64,000 nucleotides of DNA. Origin: a virus. Of the stretch, positions 54,550 through 64,000 are shown one piece after another (position 1 is the first letter of the stretch; each line of letters begins with the position of its first letter). The DNA is taken from positions 18,853 to 82,852 of the IMG/VR virus record IMGVR_UViG_3300036820_000011. One strand, 5' to 3'. Made by a program: the position numbers and the translations under genes. The notes below the pieces were generated by a model, which was given only the letters and a program-made list of their open reading frames with translations, was not told the DNA's origin and made no database searches.

Positions 54550-54922
54550 CACCCGCTACCTGCCCCGTCCCGCCGACCCGCCGGACACGGAGTTCCGCGA
54601 GACCGAGGGCGGCGGCCACGCCCTGGTCCTGGAGTACGCTCCCGGCCACGCCCTGATGATCGAGTACGGGGACTGCTCGTTCTCCATGGTCTGCCAGTGC
54701 TTCCAGGTCATCGCCCGGGACCTGCGGCCGGACCGGTCCTGGTTCGGGCCGGTGAACCGGTGGCTGGCGCATGCGCCCGGGACTCCTACGGGTGCGGTCA
54801 TGAGCGGCCACTGCCAGTGCGGCCGGACTCTGGCCATGGCGGGTTCGACCATAGAGGTCCGGTTGGCCGCCGTCTGCCGGGCCTGGGAGCACCACACGAT
54901 AACAGGAGGAACCGATGCCTGA
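54542..54922 (+). CDS. hypothetical protein with two CQC...W..H motifs
   Basis: GGAGG RBS. Confidence 0.55.
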   Translation: MPDTRYLPRPADPPDTEFRETEGGGHALVLEYAPGHALMIEYGDCSFSMVCQCFQVIARDLRPDRSWFGPVNRWLAHAPGTPTGAVMSGHCQCGRTLAMAGSTIEVRLAAVCRAWEHHTITGGTDA

Positions 54923-55397
54923 GCAGCGGGAACTGACCGCCGAGGACATCGAGCTCCTGACCGCGCTCATGCTCCCGGTCAGAGAGGCGCTTGAGGAGTG
55001 GACCCGGGTGGTGCACACAGCCGCCGAGGCGTTCGCCACCGCAGTCACCATGGTCACAATCGAGTGGAGCCGGTTCGTCCAGGAGAACCAGGCTGTGCTG
55101 GCGGCGGTCTCCCCCGCTCCGGAGGAGCGGTACTGCCCGTCCCGGATGCGGCACCTCTCGCACGTGTGGACCGACAGCACCGGTACCTACGGCTGTCCCG
55201 GCTGGTCGAGCCCCGGCAGCGATGCCATGCACTGGACCCCGCCGGAGGGCCCTGAGGCCGTGTCGATGGACTTCCCGTCCGTGCGCGACTGCCTGGAGCC
55301 GTACGACCACGACGCCCACACCTGGACGTCCCGGGGTACCGAGTACTGGTGCACCAGTCGGTCGCGGCCTTCGGACGGTATCCGTGAACGAGGCTGA
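54915..55397 (+). CDS. hypothetical protein with repeated C...H..H.W...C motif
   Basis: AGGAGG RBS. Confidence 0.55.
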   Translation: MPEQRELTAEDIELLTALMLPVREALEEWTRVVHTAAEAFATAVTMVTIEWSRFVQENQAVLAAVSPAPEERYCPSRMRHLSHVWTDSTGTYGCPGWSSPGSDAMHWTPPEGPEAVSMDFPSVRDCLEPYDHDAHTWTSRGTEYWCTSRSRPSDGIRERG

Positions 55398-55683
55398 TCC
55401 CAAGGAACTGCTGCCGCTGCGGCAGCTGGTCTACCACGAGATCCGGTCCCGGCCGGTCATGCTGACCGATCCGGGCATCGCCGACCTGGCGGCCCGGATC
55501 GCCGTGGCGACCGCCGTCTGGATGGGGAAGGTCGTCGGCAGGACCGAGGACCTCGCCCCGGGCGACCCGGTGCCGGACCCGCACCGCTGCGCCGGGTGCG
55601 GGGAGCCCTACACGGAGACGAAGCACGGCCGGGCCTGCCTGCACCTGGCCGCCTGCGCCCGGCTGGCCGGACGGACGCTGTGA
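55384..55683 (+). CDS. hypothetical protein (CxxC...C.H...C)
   Basis: G/C-ending codons. Confidence 0.5.
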   Translation: MNEADPKELLPLRQLVYHEIRSRPVMLTDPGIADLAARIAVATAVWMGKVVGRTEDLAPGDPVPDPHRCAGCGEPYTETKHGRACLHLAACARLAGRTL

Positions 55684-55871
55684 GGTCCGGCGGTCCGGAA
55701 CGGGACGACCTGGTGGCGGCCCTGGCCGCCCGCCGCCACCGGGACAGCGCACTGCTTGAGGCGGTCGGTGTGCTGGAGCGGCTGATCGCCGATCCGTTCT
55801 TCGCCGAGGACGTGAAGGGACTGCGGATCGCCGTGTCCGCCGTGAAACGGATGCGGGAGAACGACGTCTGA
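55680..55871 (+). CDS. hypothetical protein
   Basis: GTGA overlap. Confidence 0.45.
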   Translation: MRSGGPERDDLVAALAARRHRDSALLEAVGVLERLIADPFFAEDVKGLRIAVSAVKRMRENDV

Positions 55872-55952
55872 TCAGCGTTCGGAGTCTGCCCGATCGGGTA
55901 GACTCTGAATTAGTTAATTAACGATACGACCACTGACCTGGGAGAACATCGC

Positions 55953-57797
55953 ATGAGCCTGGACGAGGTCACCGCACTCCACCTGGTGGAGAACACCGAG
56001 GACGCCATGGCGTGCCTGCGCTGGCTGTCCACCAGGGATCGGATCGGGTTCGACACCGAGGGCACCGGCCTGAAACCGGAGACCGACCGGGTCCGCCTGG
56101 TGCAGATCGGGGACCGGCACGAGGGCTGGGCCATCCCGTACGAGATCAATCAGATGCTGGTCCAGGACATCGTCAAGCGGTTCGAGGGACAGTACGTGAT
56201 GTTCAACGCCCCCTACGACGTGGCCATGACGCGGTCATCCGGCATTCAGCTGCCGGTTGAGCGGATCGAAGACACCCGGCTCAAGGCCCACGTCCTGTCC
56301 TCGACCGGGCCACTGGCGCTGAAGCCCCTGGCGGCCCAGCACGTCGACCCGGGTGCTGCCGGGCTCCAGGACGACCTGAAGTCCGTGTTCGCGCAGCACG
56401 GCTGGAACTGGGCCACCATCCCGTGGAACTTCCGGCAGTACTGGCAGTACGGTGCGCTGGACCCGGTTCTCACCATGCAGCTGGACGACGCCCTGGACCC
56501 GGTCGTCCGTCGGGTCTCGCCCAAGTCCTACGACCTGGAGATGGCCGCCGCCTGGTCCTGCGAGAAGATGATGCGCAACGGCGCGGCCGTCGACCGGCCG
56601 TACGTCACCGGCTTCCTGGCCGACCTGGAGGGCCAGGTCGCCGAGCTGCTGGCCGCCTGCCGGTCCGCCTACGGGATCAATCCCGGCTCCTCCGACCAGG
56701 TGGCCGACGCACTGGTCCGGGACGGTGTCCAGATGCGGCACCTCACCTCCGGCGGCAGGTTCAAGACCGACAAGAACGTCCTGGGCGCGATCGACCACCC
56801 GCTCGCCAGACTGGTACTGGAGTACCGCACCACGACCCGGCTGGCCAACACCTACCTGGCGTCCTACCTGCCGCTGTCCGAGCGGGACGGCCGCATCCAC
56901 CCGTCGATCAACACGGTCGGCGGCATCGCCAAGAACCCGTTCGAGAACGGCGGCGAGGCCGGGGTGCGCACGGGCCGGATGTCCGCCAGCGATCCCAACG
57001 TCCAGAACGTGCCGATGCGCACCGAGCAGGGCAAGCTGATCCGCCGGTCCTTCACCGCCCGGTGCTCGGATCGCTGCGGCTGCGGCGGCCCGCACACCTG
57101 GGTCAAGTGCGACTTCGACCAGATCGAGCAGCGGGTGATGGCCCACATGTCCGGTGACCGGGGTATGCGCGAGGCGTTCCTGGGCCCCGACGACTTCTTC
57201 GTGGCACTCGGCCGTCGGCTGTACAACGACCCGACCATGCAGAAGTCAGATCCGCGCCGGACCCCGGTCAAGAACGCGGCCTACGGGAAAATCTACGGAG
57301 CTGGACCTGACAAGTTCGCCCTGATGACCGGCATGCTGCTGGACAGCGGCGAGCCCGACGTAGCTCAGGCTCAGGCGTTCCTGAAGTCCATGGATGACAT
57401 GTACCCGGGCCCGCAGCGGTTCACCAAGGCCGTGATCAGGCAGGGCAACAAGCGGTTCCGGGAGGAGGGCGCGGCCTACGTCCGCTCCCCGCTGACCGGC
57501 CGCCGGGTGGTCGCCGAGCGGGGCCGCTTCTACGCCCTGGTGAACTACATCATCCAGATGATGGCCGGGGAGATCCTCAAGATGAAGATCGTGGAAGCCG
57601 ATGCCGCCGGGCTCGGCCAGTACATGGTCATGCCGGTGCACGACGAGATCGACCTGGACGTGCCGACAGCCGACCTGCCCGAGGTCGTGGCCACCCTGCA
57701 CGAGGTGTTCAACGACAGCGACCTGCTGACCGTCCCGGTCACCGCGTCGGTCGAGACAGGCCCCAACTGGGGCGAAGTGAAGGAGTGGCAGGAATGA
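55953..57797 (+). CDS. DNA polymerase I (family A; 3'-5' exonuclease + polymerase)
   Basis: FDTEGTGL, FNAPYD, YGALD, RTGRMS..DPN.QN.P, DFDQIE.R, K...YG..YG, VHDEI. Confidence 0.93.
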   Translation: MSLDEVTALHLVENTEDAMACLRWLSTRDRIGFDTEGTGLKPETDRVRLVQIGDRHEGWAIPYEINQMLVQDIVKRFEGQYVMFNAPYDVAMTRSSGIQLPVERIEDTRLKAHVLSSTGPLALKPLAAQHVDPGAAGLQDDLKSVFAQHGWNWATIPWNFRQYWQYGALDPVLTMQLDDALDPVVRRVSPKSYDLEMAAAWSCEKMMRNGAAVDRPYVTGFLADLEGQVAELLAACRSAYGINPGSSDQVADALVRDGVQMRHLTSGGRFKTDKNVLGAIDHPLARLVLEYRTTTRLANTYLASYLPLSERDGRIHPSINTVGGIAKNPFENGGEAGVRTGRMSASDPNVQNVPMRTEQGKLIRRSFTARCSDRCGCGGPHTWVKCDFDQIEQRVMAHMSGDRGMREAFLGPDDFFVALGRRLYNDPTMQKSDPRRTPVKNAAYGKIYGAGPDKFALMTGMLLDSGEPDVAQAQAFLKSMDDMYPGPQRFTKAVIRQGNKRFREEGAAYVRSPLTGRRVVAERGRFYALVNYIIQMMAGEILKMKIVEADAAGLGQYMVMPVHDEIDLDVPTADLPEVVATLHEVFNDSDLLTVPVTASVETGPNWGEVKEWQE

Positions 57798-58282
57798 CCG
57801 TCGTGATCATCGGAGTGGACCCCGGACTCAGCACGGGAGTGTCCGTGCTGGCGGACGCCAGGCTCTCCAGTGCCTTCCAGGGCATGCCGGAGGACGCCCT
57901 GAACGAACTGGACGGCGTTCTCCGGCGCTGGACGGACCACTGCACCGACACCGGCACGGGCACCGTCCTGGTGGCCTGCGAGCGGTTCCAGGCCGCAGGC
58001 CGGTCGACCCACAGCCACCAGCCCGACGCGGAGCGCGTGTTCGCCCGCACGGCCGCGCTCGCTTCGCTCTACGGCGTGGACTTCGTGGAGCAGACCCCGG
58101 CCGACGCCAAGCGGATCGCCTCGGACGCGCTGCTCCGCCGCAACGGCCTGTGGACGCTGCCGCGCGACGTAGGCTGCCGGGACGCGAACGACGCGAACGA
58201 CGCCATGCGCCATGCTGTCCTGCTGCTCGCCCGCCGCCGGGCCACGATGTTCAATGCCCTGTTGACACAGGGTGCCAGCTAG
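57794..58282 (+). CDS. RuvC-like Holliday junction resolvase
   Basis: IIGVDPG..TG, ACE.F, DA.DA.RH. Confidence 0.8.
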   Translation: MTVVIIGVDPGLSTGVSVLADARLSSAFQGMPEDALNELDGVLRRWTDHCTDTGTGTVLVACERFQAAGRSTHSHQPDAERVFARTAALASLYGVDFVEQTPADAKRIASDALLRRNGLWTLPRDVGCRDANDANDAMRHAVLLLARRRATMFNALLTQGAS

Positions 58283-58291
58283 ATTTACATT
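58262..58291 (+). promoter_or_regulatory. sigma70/HrdB-type promoter upstream of the helicase
   Basis: TTGACA-18 nt-TACATT in an AT-rich patch. Confidence 0.6.
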
Positions 58292-58319
58292 AATCAAAGA
58301 ACCACCGACCAGAGGACCA

Positions 58320-61300
58320 ATGACCATGGCGACAGCCGAACGGACAGGCGACCGCATCACCGTCACGCTGTCCTGGAACGAGAAGACCCAGGCGGAGAAG
58401 ATCCCCGGCGGCCGGTTCCGCCGGATGGACCTGGAACTGCCGCTGTCCTGGGGCTCGTGCCAGGCGCTGCGCGGCGTCTTCGGCAAGAACCTGGTGGTCG
58501 GCCCCGAGCTGACGGCCTGGTCCCGGGCCGAGAGCACCCGCCGGATCAAGCCGTCGCTGGCGCTGCGCCCGATGCTCGCCCCGCAGACGGTGGCCGGACT
58601 GGTCGAGCCGTCCTGGGGCATCCTGCACCCGCTCCGGCCCTACCAGAAGGCCGGGGTCATGTGGATGCTGGCCACCGGCTCCGGACTGTTGGCAGATGAG
58701 CCGGGCACGGGCAAGACCGTGCACACCCTGGAGTTCCTGCGGCAGCACACCGTGGACGCCAAGGACTTCGACTCCAATGCGACCAGCACCGCGCTGCCCG
58801 CTCTGGTGATCGTCCCCAACTCGACCAAGTACCACTGGCGCAGCCTGGCGCAGAAGTTCCTGCCGGAGGCCCGTACCTATGTGGTCGACGGCAGCGCCAC
58901 CCAGCGCGCCAAGACCGTCAGGGAGGCGGCGGAGGACCCGATGGCCCTGGTCATCATGTCGATCGAGTCCGCCCGGCTGCTGTCCCGCCTCGCGCCCTAC
59001 GGCTCGACCCGGCTCAAGCGCTGCCAGGAGTGCGACCCGCACCACGGCGACGACCTCAAGCCCGCGCAGTGCGAGGTGCACCCGAAGCCGTTGAACGCCA
59101 TCGTGTTCCGCACGGTCGTCGTGGACGAGGCCCACCGGATCAAGGACCCGGCCTCCAAGCAGACCCGGGCCATCTGGCACCTGATGCACACCGACGGCGT
59201 GCGCTACCGCTGGGCGCTGACCGGGACGCCGATCGCCGACCACCCGGGCGACCTGTGGTCGCTCATGCACGCCGTGGCCCCCGAGGACTTCCCGGTCCGC
59301 ACCAAGTTCCTGGAGCGCTTCTGCCTCGCGGACTGGAACCCCTTCGGCGGCATGGACGTGGTCGGGCTCGACCCGGCCACCAGGGACGAGTTCTTCCGGG
59401 TCTTCGATCCGCGCTTCCGCCGGATGCTCAAGTCCGTGGTCCTGCCGCAGCTGCCCCCGGTCGTCCGTGAGGTCCGCACCTGCGAGCTGACCCCGGCCAT
59501 GCGCCGCACCTACACCGAGATGCACGCGGGGCTGGCCACCAGGCTGGAGGACGGCACCCTGTTCATCACCTGGAACGACATGGTCAAGCAGGGCCGCCTG
59601 CAACAGCTGGCCTCCGCCTCGGTCGAGGTGGAGAAGCCGGACGAGGACGACATCCTGACCTGGAAGGTCACGCTCAAGGACCCCTCCCCGAAGCTCGACG
59701 TGATGGAGGAGATCCTGGACGATCTCGGCTACCTCGACGGGCAGGGCCCGGCCACGGTGATCGCCGCCGAGAGCCGCCAGCTGATCCGGCTCGCCGCCGC
59801 CCGGCTGGAGAAGCGGGGCATCCCGCACGCGGTGATCGCCGGTGACGTCGCCGCCTTCGAGCGGGAGAACGCCCTGGACGCGCTGCGGCAGGGCGACGTC
59901 AAGATCGTGCTGTTCACCATCCGGGCGGGCGGGGCCGGACTCGACATGTCGGCCGCCGACACTCTGGTCATGTTGCAGCAGCCATGGTCGATGGTTGACC
60001 GGCTACAGACCGAGGGGCGCGTCCACCGCTTCGGCTCCGAGGTCCACGCCAGTGTCCGGATCATCGACGTGGTGACGCGGGACACGGTCGAGGAGGAGCA
60101 GATCGCCCGGGTCAACCAGAAGCTGCTCCGGCTGGAGGAGATCACCCGGGACCGGGAGCAGCGGCCGGACACCGTCGAGTGGCTGGACGCAGAGGAGACC
60201 GCGATCTACCGTGAACCGCTGCTGGCTCCCGTGTCCTGCGCTGTGCTGCTCGATGCGGACCAGAACGAATCAGTTGTCGATGCGCCCGTATCTCCAGTGG
60301 CTGCTCCGCACGACGTGTCGAAATTCTGTGTTCTCTGCCGGAGCGGCGAACATGATCACACGGTCCACGCTTCGCCGGAGTCCGACGCCGCCCGCGCCCG
60401 AATCGTGGCCGGACCGTCTGCCGGACCCAATCCGTGTCGGCCGCCGCTGCCGACGGACACGGTGAAGCCGTCCTGGACCGGTGTCGATCCCTGGCACCGC
60501 GATCAGCTGCCGACGTCAGTGCAGGGACTACTGGCCACGGAACCATCCGGCGACCTTCACGATCCGAGACTGTGCGACGTGTGCGGGCTCACGCTTCCGA
60601 GCCATGACGAGGAGTGCTCAGAACGCCATTCCGTCTCTGCACCTGCGGGCATTGATCGTGTCCTGCACACGGACGCGACCGGCGTCCAGTGGTCGATGCC
60701 CCGGGACGCGCCCGACCTGCGGCCGTCGCCGACCGTCCAGAAGGTCAGCAACTCCAAGATCGGTACCTGGAACCGGTGCCGCCGCCAGTGGTGGCTCACC
60801 TGGTACCGGCAGCTGGAGCTGCCCGAGGACCCCTACAACCTGCGGGCGGTCGGCCACCGGGTGCACCGGGCCCTGGCCGGGTGGTACGTGCCGGACGCCG
60901 ACAGCCCGGTCCCGCTGATGGACGGTCTGGAGACCGCGATCCGCGAGGACTGGGAGAAGATCGCCGCCGGGCTGACCGGCGACGACCTGGAGGTCCAGGC
61001 GGCCCGGTTCCAGTCGGCTGTCTCCCTGGAACGGGCCATGGTCGAGGGCTACGCCGACTGGCTCCGGGAGAGCGGCGCGGACTCGGGACTCGTCTTCGTG
61101 GCCTCCGAGGCGGAGCTGTCCGTCGACATCCCGGCCACGGGCCACGACGGCAGGCCGCTGCTGGTCCAGGCCGTCGGCAGGCTCGACGCCCGGGTGGTCC
61201 GCGAGGTGGACGGGGCCCGGCTGATCATCGACCACAAGACGGTGGCGAGTCTGACCGAGCCGCTCAAGATCCTGCACATCAACCCGCAGATGAAGCACTA

Positions 61301-61697
61301 CGGCCTCCTGGAGTGGCTGAGCACCCGGGACGGCGAGGCCCGCTGCGACGGCGCGCTCTACAACATGCTGCGCCGCGTCAAGCGCACCGCTGCCGCCAAG
61401 CCGCCGTTCTACGCCCGGGAGGAGGTCCGCAACACCGACCTGGAACTCCAGACCTACCAGCGCCGGATGCTCGCGGCGGCCCGGGACATGGCCGAGGCCG
61501 AACGGCGGCTGGACGCCGGGGAGGACCCGATCGACGTGGCCTACCCGTCGCCGGACAGCGACTGCTCCTGGAAGTGTGATTTCTTCCTGGTGTGCCCGAT
61601 GTTCGAGGACGGCTCACGGGCCGAGGACATGCTTGCTGCGCTCTACCGCCCGGACGACCCCTGGGCGCGCTACGACCGAATCGAGGGAGGCAAGTGA
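58320..61697 (+). CDS. SNF2-like helicase fused to PD-(D/E)XK (Cas4/RecB-like) exonuclease
   Basis: LRPYQ, LADEPGTGKT, VVDEAH, LTGTP, Q.EGRVHR.G; then C.R.WW, G..VH.AL, GRLD, IIDHKT, C.WKC.F..VC. Confidence 0.88.
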   Translation: MTMATAERTGDRITVTLSWNEKTQAEKIPGGRFRRMDLELPLSWGSCQALRGVFGKNLVVGPELTAWSRAESTRRIKPSLALRPMLAPQTVAGLVEPSWGILHPLRPYQKAGVMWMLATGSGLLADEPGTGKTVHTLEFLRQHTVDAKDFDSNATSTALPALVIVPNSTKYHWRSLAQKFLPEARTYVVDGSATQRAKTVREAAEDPMALVIMSIESARLLSRLAPYGSTRLKRCQECDPHHGDDLKPAQCEVHPKPLNAIVFRTVVVDEAHRIKDPASKQTRAIWHLMHTDGVRYRWALTGTPIADHPGDLWSLMHAVAPEDFPVRTKFLERFCLADWNPFGGMDVVGLDPATRDEFFRVFDPRFRRMLKSVVLPQLPPVVREVRTCELTPAMRRTYTEMHAGLATRLEDGTLFITWNDMVKQGRLQQLASASVEVEKPDEDDILTWKVTLKDPSPKLDVMEEILDDLGYLDGQGPATVIAAESRQLIRLAAARLEKRGIPHAVIAGDVAAFERENALDALRQGDVKIVLFTIRAGGAGLDMSAADTLVMLQQPWSMVDRLQTEGRVHRFGSEVHASVRIIDVVTRDTVEEEQIARVNQKLLRLEEITRDREQRPDTVEWLDAEETAIYREPLLAPVSCAVLLDADQNESVVDAPVSPVAAPHDVSKFCVLCRSGEHDHTVHASPESDAARARIVAGPSAGPNPCRPPLPTDTVKPSWTGVDPWHRDQLPTSVQGLLATEPSGDLHDPRLCDVCGLTLPSHDEECSERHSVSAPAGIDRVLHTDATGVQWSMPRDAPDLRPSPTVQKVSNSKIGTWNRCRRQWWLTWYRQLELPEDPYNLRAVGHRVHRALAGWYVPDADSPVPLMDGLETAIREDWEKIAAGLTGDDLEVQAARFQSAVSLERAMVEGYADWLRESGADSGLVFVASEAELSVDIPATGHDGRPLLVQAVGRLDARVVREVDGARLIIDHKTVASLTEPLKILHINPQMKHYGLLEWLSTRDGEARCDGALYNMLRRVKRTAAAKPPFYAREEVRNTDLELQTYQRRMLAAARDMAEAERRLDAGEDPIDVAYPSPDSDCSWKCDFFLVCPMFEDGSRAEDMLAALYRPDDPWARYDRIEGGK

Positions 61698-62464
61698 CCA
61701 CGATCTTCGACACCCACCAGCGGCTGTCCATCCTGGTGCACGGGGACACCAAGCTGGGGAAGTCCACCCTGTCGGGCACCGTCCCGGCCCCGGTCATCGT
61801 CCTGGACGCCGAGGGCAGCTGGCGGTTCACCTCCGGCCGCAAGGTGTACTGGGACCCGGCCACCGAGGAGCTGCCCGCGTACGACGGCACCTGGGACATG
61901 TGCATCGTCCACGTCCGGGACTGGGCCACGGTCAAGACCGTGTTCGACTACATCACCACCGGGCAGACCGTCTTCGTCTCCGTGGTGCTGGACTCGATCA
62001 CCGAGCTCCAGCGCCGCCTCAAGCGGAGCCTGAAGCCGAACCTGGACCCGTTCAAGATCCAGGACTGGGGTGAGCTGCTGGCCCGCATGGACGCCGCGAT
62101 CCGGGACTTCCGCGACCTGGCGATGATCGCCGACATCACCGTGCGGTGCGTCGTGTTCATCGCCGAGACCACGGAGAAGAACGGAAAGTGGCGGCCCCAC
62201 ATGCAGGGGCAGATCGCCAACAGCCTGCCGTACGCGGTGGACCTGTGCGGCTACATGTACCGCTACCAGGAGCTGGACGACGACGGCAGCCCGGTCCGGG
62301 ACACCCGCCAGCTCTGGATCGCCCCGCACGACGACTTCATCGCCGGATCGCGTGTGATGGAGACCCTCGGGTCCTCCGTCGAGATCCCGGCACCGACCCC
62401 CGGCAACCCGGGAACGGTCATCCAGGACTGGATGACCGCGATCTTCAAGACCGAAGGAGCATGA
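61694..62464 (+). CDS. AAA-24/Sak4-like ATPase (recombinase)
   Basis: LVHG..KLGKST, LDAEG, VVLDSITE, DWG. Confidence 0.8.
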   Translation: MTTIFDTHQRLSILVHGDTKLGKSTLSGTVPAPVIVLDAEGSWRFTSGRKVYWDPATEELPAYDGTWDMCIVHVRDWATVKTVFDYITTGQTVFVSVVLDSITELQRRLKRSLKPNLDPFKIQDWGELLARMDAAIRDFRDLAMIADITVRCVVFIAETTEKNGKWRPHMQGQIANSLPYAVDLCGYMYRYQELDDDGSPVRDTRQLWIAPHDDFIAGSRVMETLGSSVEIPAPTPGNPGTVIQDWMTAIFKTEGA

Positions 62465-63045
62465 CCATGGACATCGACTTCAAGGCCCTGCTGGCCGACG
62501 CCAAGTCGGCCAGCGCGCTGATCCCCGACGGCGACCACCAGTTCGAGTGCGTGGCCGCCGAGGCGCGGCTGTCCAGCACCGGCAGCCCGCAGATCCAGGC
62601 GGACTTCCTGTGCCAGACCGAGCGCTACAGCAAGCGGACCGTCCGCAACTGGTTCACCCTGACCATGGACAACCCGGTCGCCCTGGCCATGTTCTTCCGG
62701 CACATGAAGGCGCTGGGCATGGACGAGGCGTTCTTCCTCAAGAGCGGCGACCGGATCGCCGCCGCCGCCGTCCAGATGATCGGGACCCGGGTCACCTGCA
62801 CGATCAAGACCGAGGCGTGGAACGGCGAGGACCGCAACAAGATCGCCGGGTTCAAGGGCGTCAACGGCGCGGCCCGCAAGGCGTCCGGCGGCGGTCCCGC
62901 AGCGCCTGGACGGCCCGCTCCGGCTCCCGCTCCGCGCGCTGCGGCTCCTGCCCCGGCACCGGCGCGGGCAGCCGCTCCGGCCCCCGTGCAGGACGCTGCG
63001 GACGACGCCGGGGACAACGGGTACGACGAAGAGCCGCCGTTCTAG
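62461..63045 (+). CDS. single-stranded DNA-binding protein (DUF669-like)
   Basis: IPDG...., SSTG.PQI, W.GE.RNKI, Pro/Ala linker and acidic DEEPPF tail. Confidence 0.75.
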   Translation: MTMDIDFKALLADAKSASALIPDGDHQFECVAAEARLSSTGSPQIQADFLCQTERYSKRTVRNWFTLTMDNPVALAMFFRHMKALGMDEAFFLKSGDRIAAAAVQMIGTRVTCTIKTEAWNGEDRNKIAGFKGVNGAARKASGGGPAAPGRPAPAPAPRAAAPAPAPARAAAPAPVQDAADDAGDNGYDEEPPF

Positions 63046-63102
63046 TTCCCCGGTGCCTGTTTGAGTAATTCACGCGAACGGGTACCGTAGAGACAGCACC
63101 GA

Positions 63103-63147
63103 CGGCCCCGCCAGGGCTCCCATCCCCCGAGGGCCCTGGCGGGGCCC
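63103..63147 (+). terminator. GC-rich stem-loop after the SSB-like gene
   Basis: ggccccgccagggc ... gccctggcggggcc inverted repeat. Confidence 0.55.
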
Positions 63148-63199
63148 GCTTATGATGATCGCAGGAAACCGACCACCGACCTAGGAGACGACGACGACG

Positions 63200-63661
63200 A
63201 TGGACACCGTATGGCCGACCGGCACCGGGGCCGGGCGCGACGGCCACTGGGTCTTCACCGACCGGCGGGGCCGCGAGACCCGGTGGACCGGGACCTTCCT
63301 GGGCATGGGGACCTCGTTCAAGACCGACCACATGCACCACGACGATAAGCCGTTCGCCGGGCACGGCCAGGGCTGCTCCCGCTGCCGGTGGATCGAGATC
63401 CGGCTGTTCCGGGAGCAGGGGGCGGGCGGGTTCGCGCGCTACCTGGTGGTCCGCCGGGGCGTCTCGGTCGTCCCGGGCGAGACCGACCGGATCACCTGCA
63501 CGGAGGTCGACGGCCCGTTCCAGGCGGTCGAGACCGTGACCAGCCGTCCGGAGGACGGCACCGTCCCGTTCATGATCCGACCTGCTGCCTTCATGCTCGC
63601 CCAGGCAGCCCAGCACGACACCGGCATCCGGGACGCGTACGTGAACCGTGCCGTCGCCTAG
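63200..63661 (+). CDS. hypothetical protein (H.H...CxxC RW.E motif)
   Basis: AGGAG upstream; G/C-ending codons. Confidence 0.65.
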   Translation: MDTVWPTGTGAGRDGHWVFTDRRGRETRWTGTFLGMGTSFKTDHMHHDDKPFAGHGQGCSRCRWIEIRLFREQGAGGFARYLVVRRGVSVVPGETDRITCTEVDGPFQAVETVTSRPEDGTVPFMIRPAAFMLAQAAQHDTGIRDAYVNRAVA

Positions 63662-63681
63662 ACCCGAGAGGAACCCCGTCC

Positions 63682-63942
63682 ATGAGCACCATCACTGATC
63701 CGGGCCTGCGGCGGCACCGGGGGCGACCGCGCCCGAAGGAGACCATCGCGCGGGATGTCAACATTATCCGGCAGCTGACCACGGGCGGCCCGCAGACCCG
63801 GAACCAGATCGCCAGCGCCCTGCACCTCAAGCAGTCGCTGGTCTACCTGGCGCTCAACCGACTCCGCAACCAGGGAAGCGTGCGCAAATGCGCCGGTGAG
63901 GGTCCGTACACTATCTGGGCTGCCGGGCAGGACTGCCCGTGA
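63682..63942 (+). CDS. winged-helix DNA-binding protein
   Basis: RGRPRP + TRNQIA..L......VY.AL.RL...G.V. Confidence 0.7.
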   Translation: MSTITDPGLRRHRGRPRPKETIARDVNIIRQLTTGGPQTRNQIASALHLKQSLVYLALNRLRNQGSVRKCAGEGPYTIWAAGQDCP

Positions 63943-64000
63943 CCCGGCTCACCGTCACCGTGGCCATCCCCACCATCCCGGGCCGGGCCGGGTTGCTGGC
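63939..64000 (+). CDS. possible GT2 glycosyltransferase, 5' fragment (runs off the window)
   Basis: VTVAIPTIPGR..LL matches the GT-A N-terminal strand; only 20 codons visible. Confidence 0.5.
   Translation, partial: MTRLTVTVAIPTIPGRAGLL

Larger units (their letters stand above)
1..64000. mobile_element. Tailed actinobacteriophage genome segment (siphovirus-like); no flanking host DNA or integrase visible
   Basis: Terminase, portal, capsid, tail, tape measure, lysin and replication genes in phage-like operons; high GC; WhiB. Confidence 0.95.

Noticed and set aside
60720-61697. Cas4-like domain as part of a CRISPR-Cas system
   Set aside because: PD-(D/E)XK exonucleases of this type are ordinary phage recombination proteins; no cas1/cas2 or array
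1-64000. tRNA, rRNA or terminal repeats
   Set aside because: None recognised by eye; tRNAscan-SE/Infernal and read-end analysis would be needed to exclude them

Overview
The whole window looks like a GC-rich, siphovirus-like actinobacteriophage genome. WhiB and an Rpf domain suggest an actinomycete host, possibly Streptomycetaceae (inference). No host housekeeping genes, integrase, tRNA or CRISPR array are recognisable. Layout: (1) 79-3874 (+) small early-type genes including WhiB; (2) about 3.8-36.9 kb (-) virion operon: putative small terminase, GH16, large terminase, portal, 2H-phosphoesterase/MuF/protease fusion, hexamer and pentamer capsid proteins, major tail, fibre-like block, head-tail genes, tail chaperones, tape measure, minor tail and a glycosyltransferase; (3) 37-44.5 kb lysis and cell-envelope accessory genes: GH25, papain-like peptidase, PLD, MsrQ-like, Rpf-NlpC/P60 and a possible Acb2/Tad1-like protein; (4) 44.6-47 kb ParB-like, ABC-ATPase-GNAT and CoA-transferase III cassette; (5) 49.7-64 kb replication genes: primase-helicase with an adjacent 30-bp inverted repeat, PolA, RuvC-like, SNF2-nuclease fusion, AAA ATPase and SSB-like. 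Three inteins interrupt terminase, portal and, unusually, the tape-measure transglycosylase domain. Most notable are the candidate acyl-CoA-dependent DNA-modification cassette, short A/T-ending codon patches that recur at conserved protein motifs, and the 2H-phosphoesterase fused to the head maturation protein. All family calls come from reading motifs by eye; no searches were run. Several start codons were moved from the ORF track using RBS and stop/start overlap evidence.
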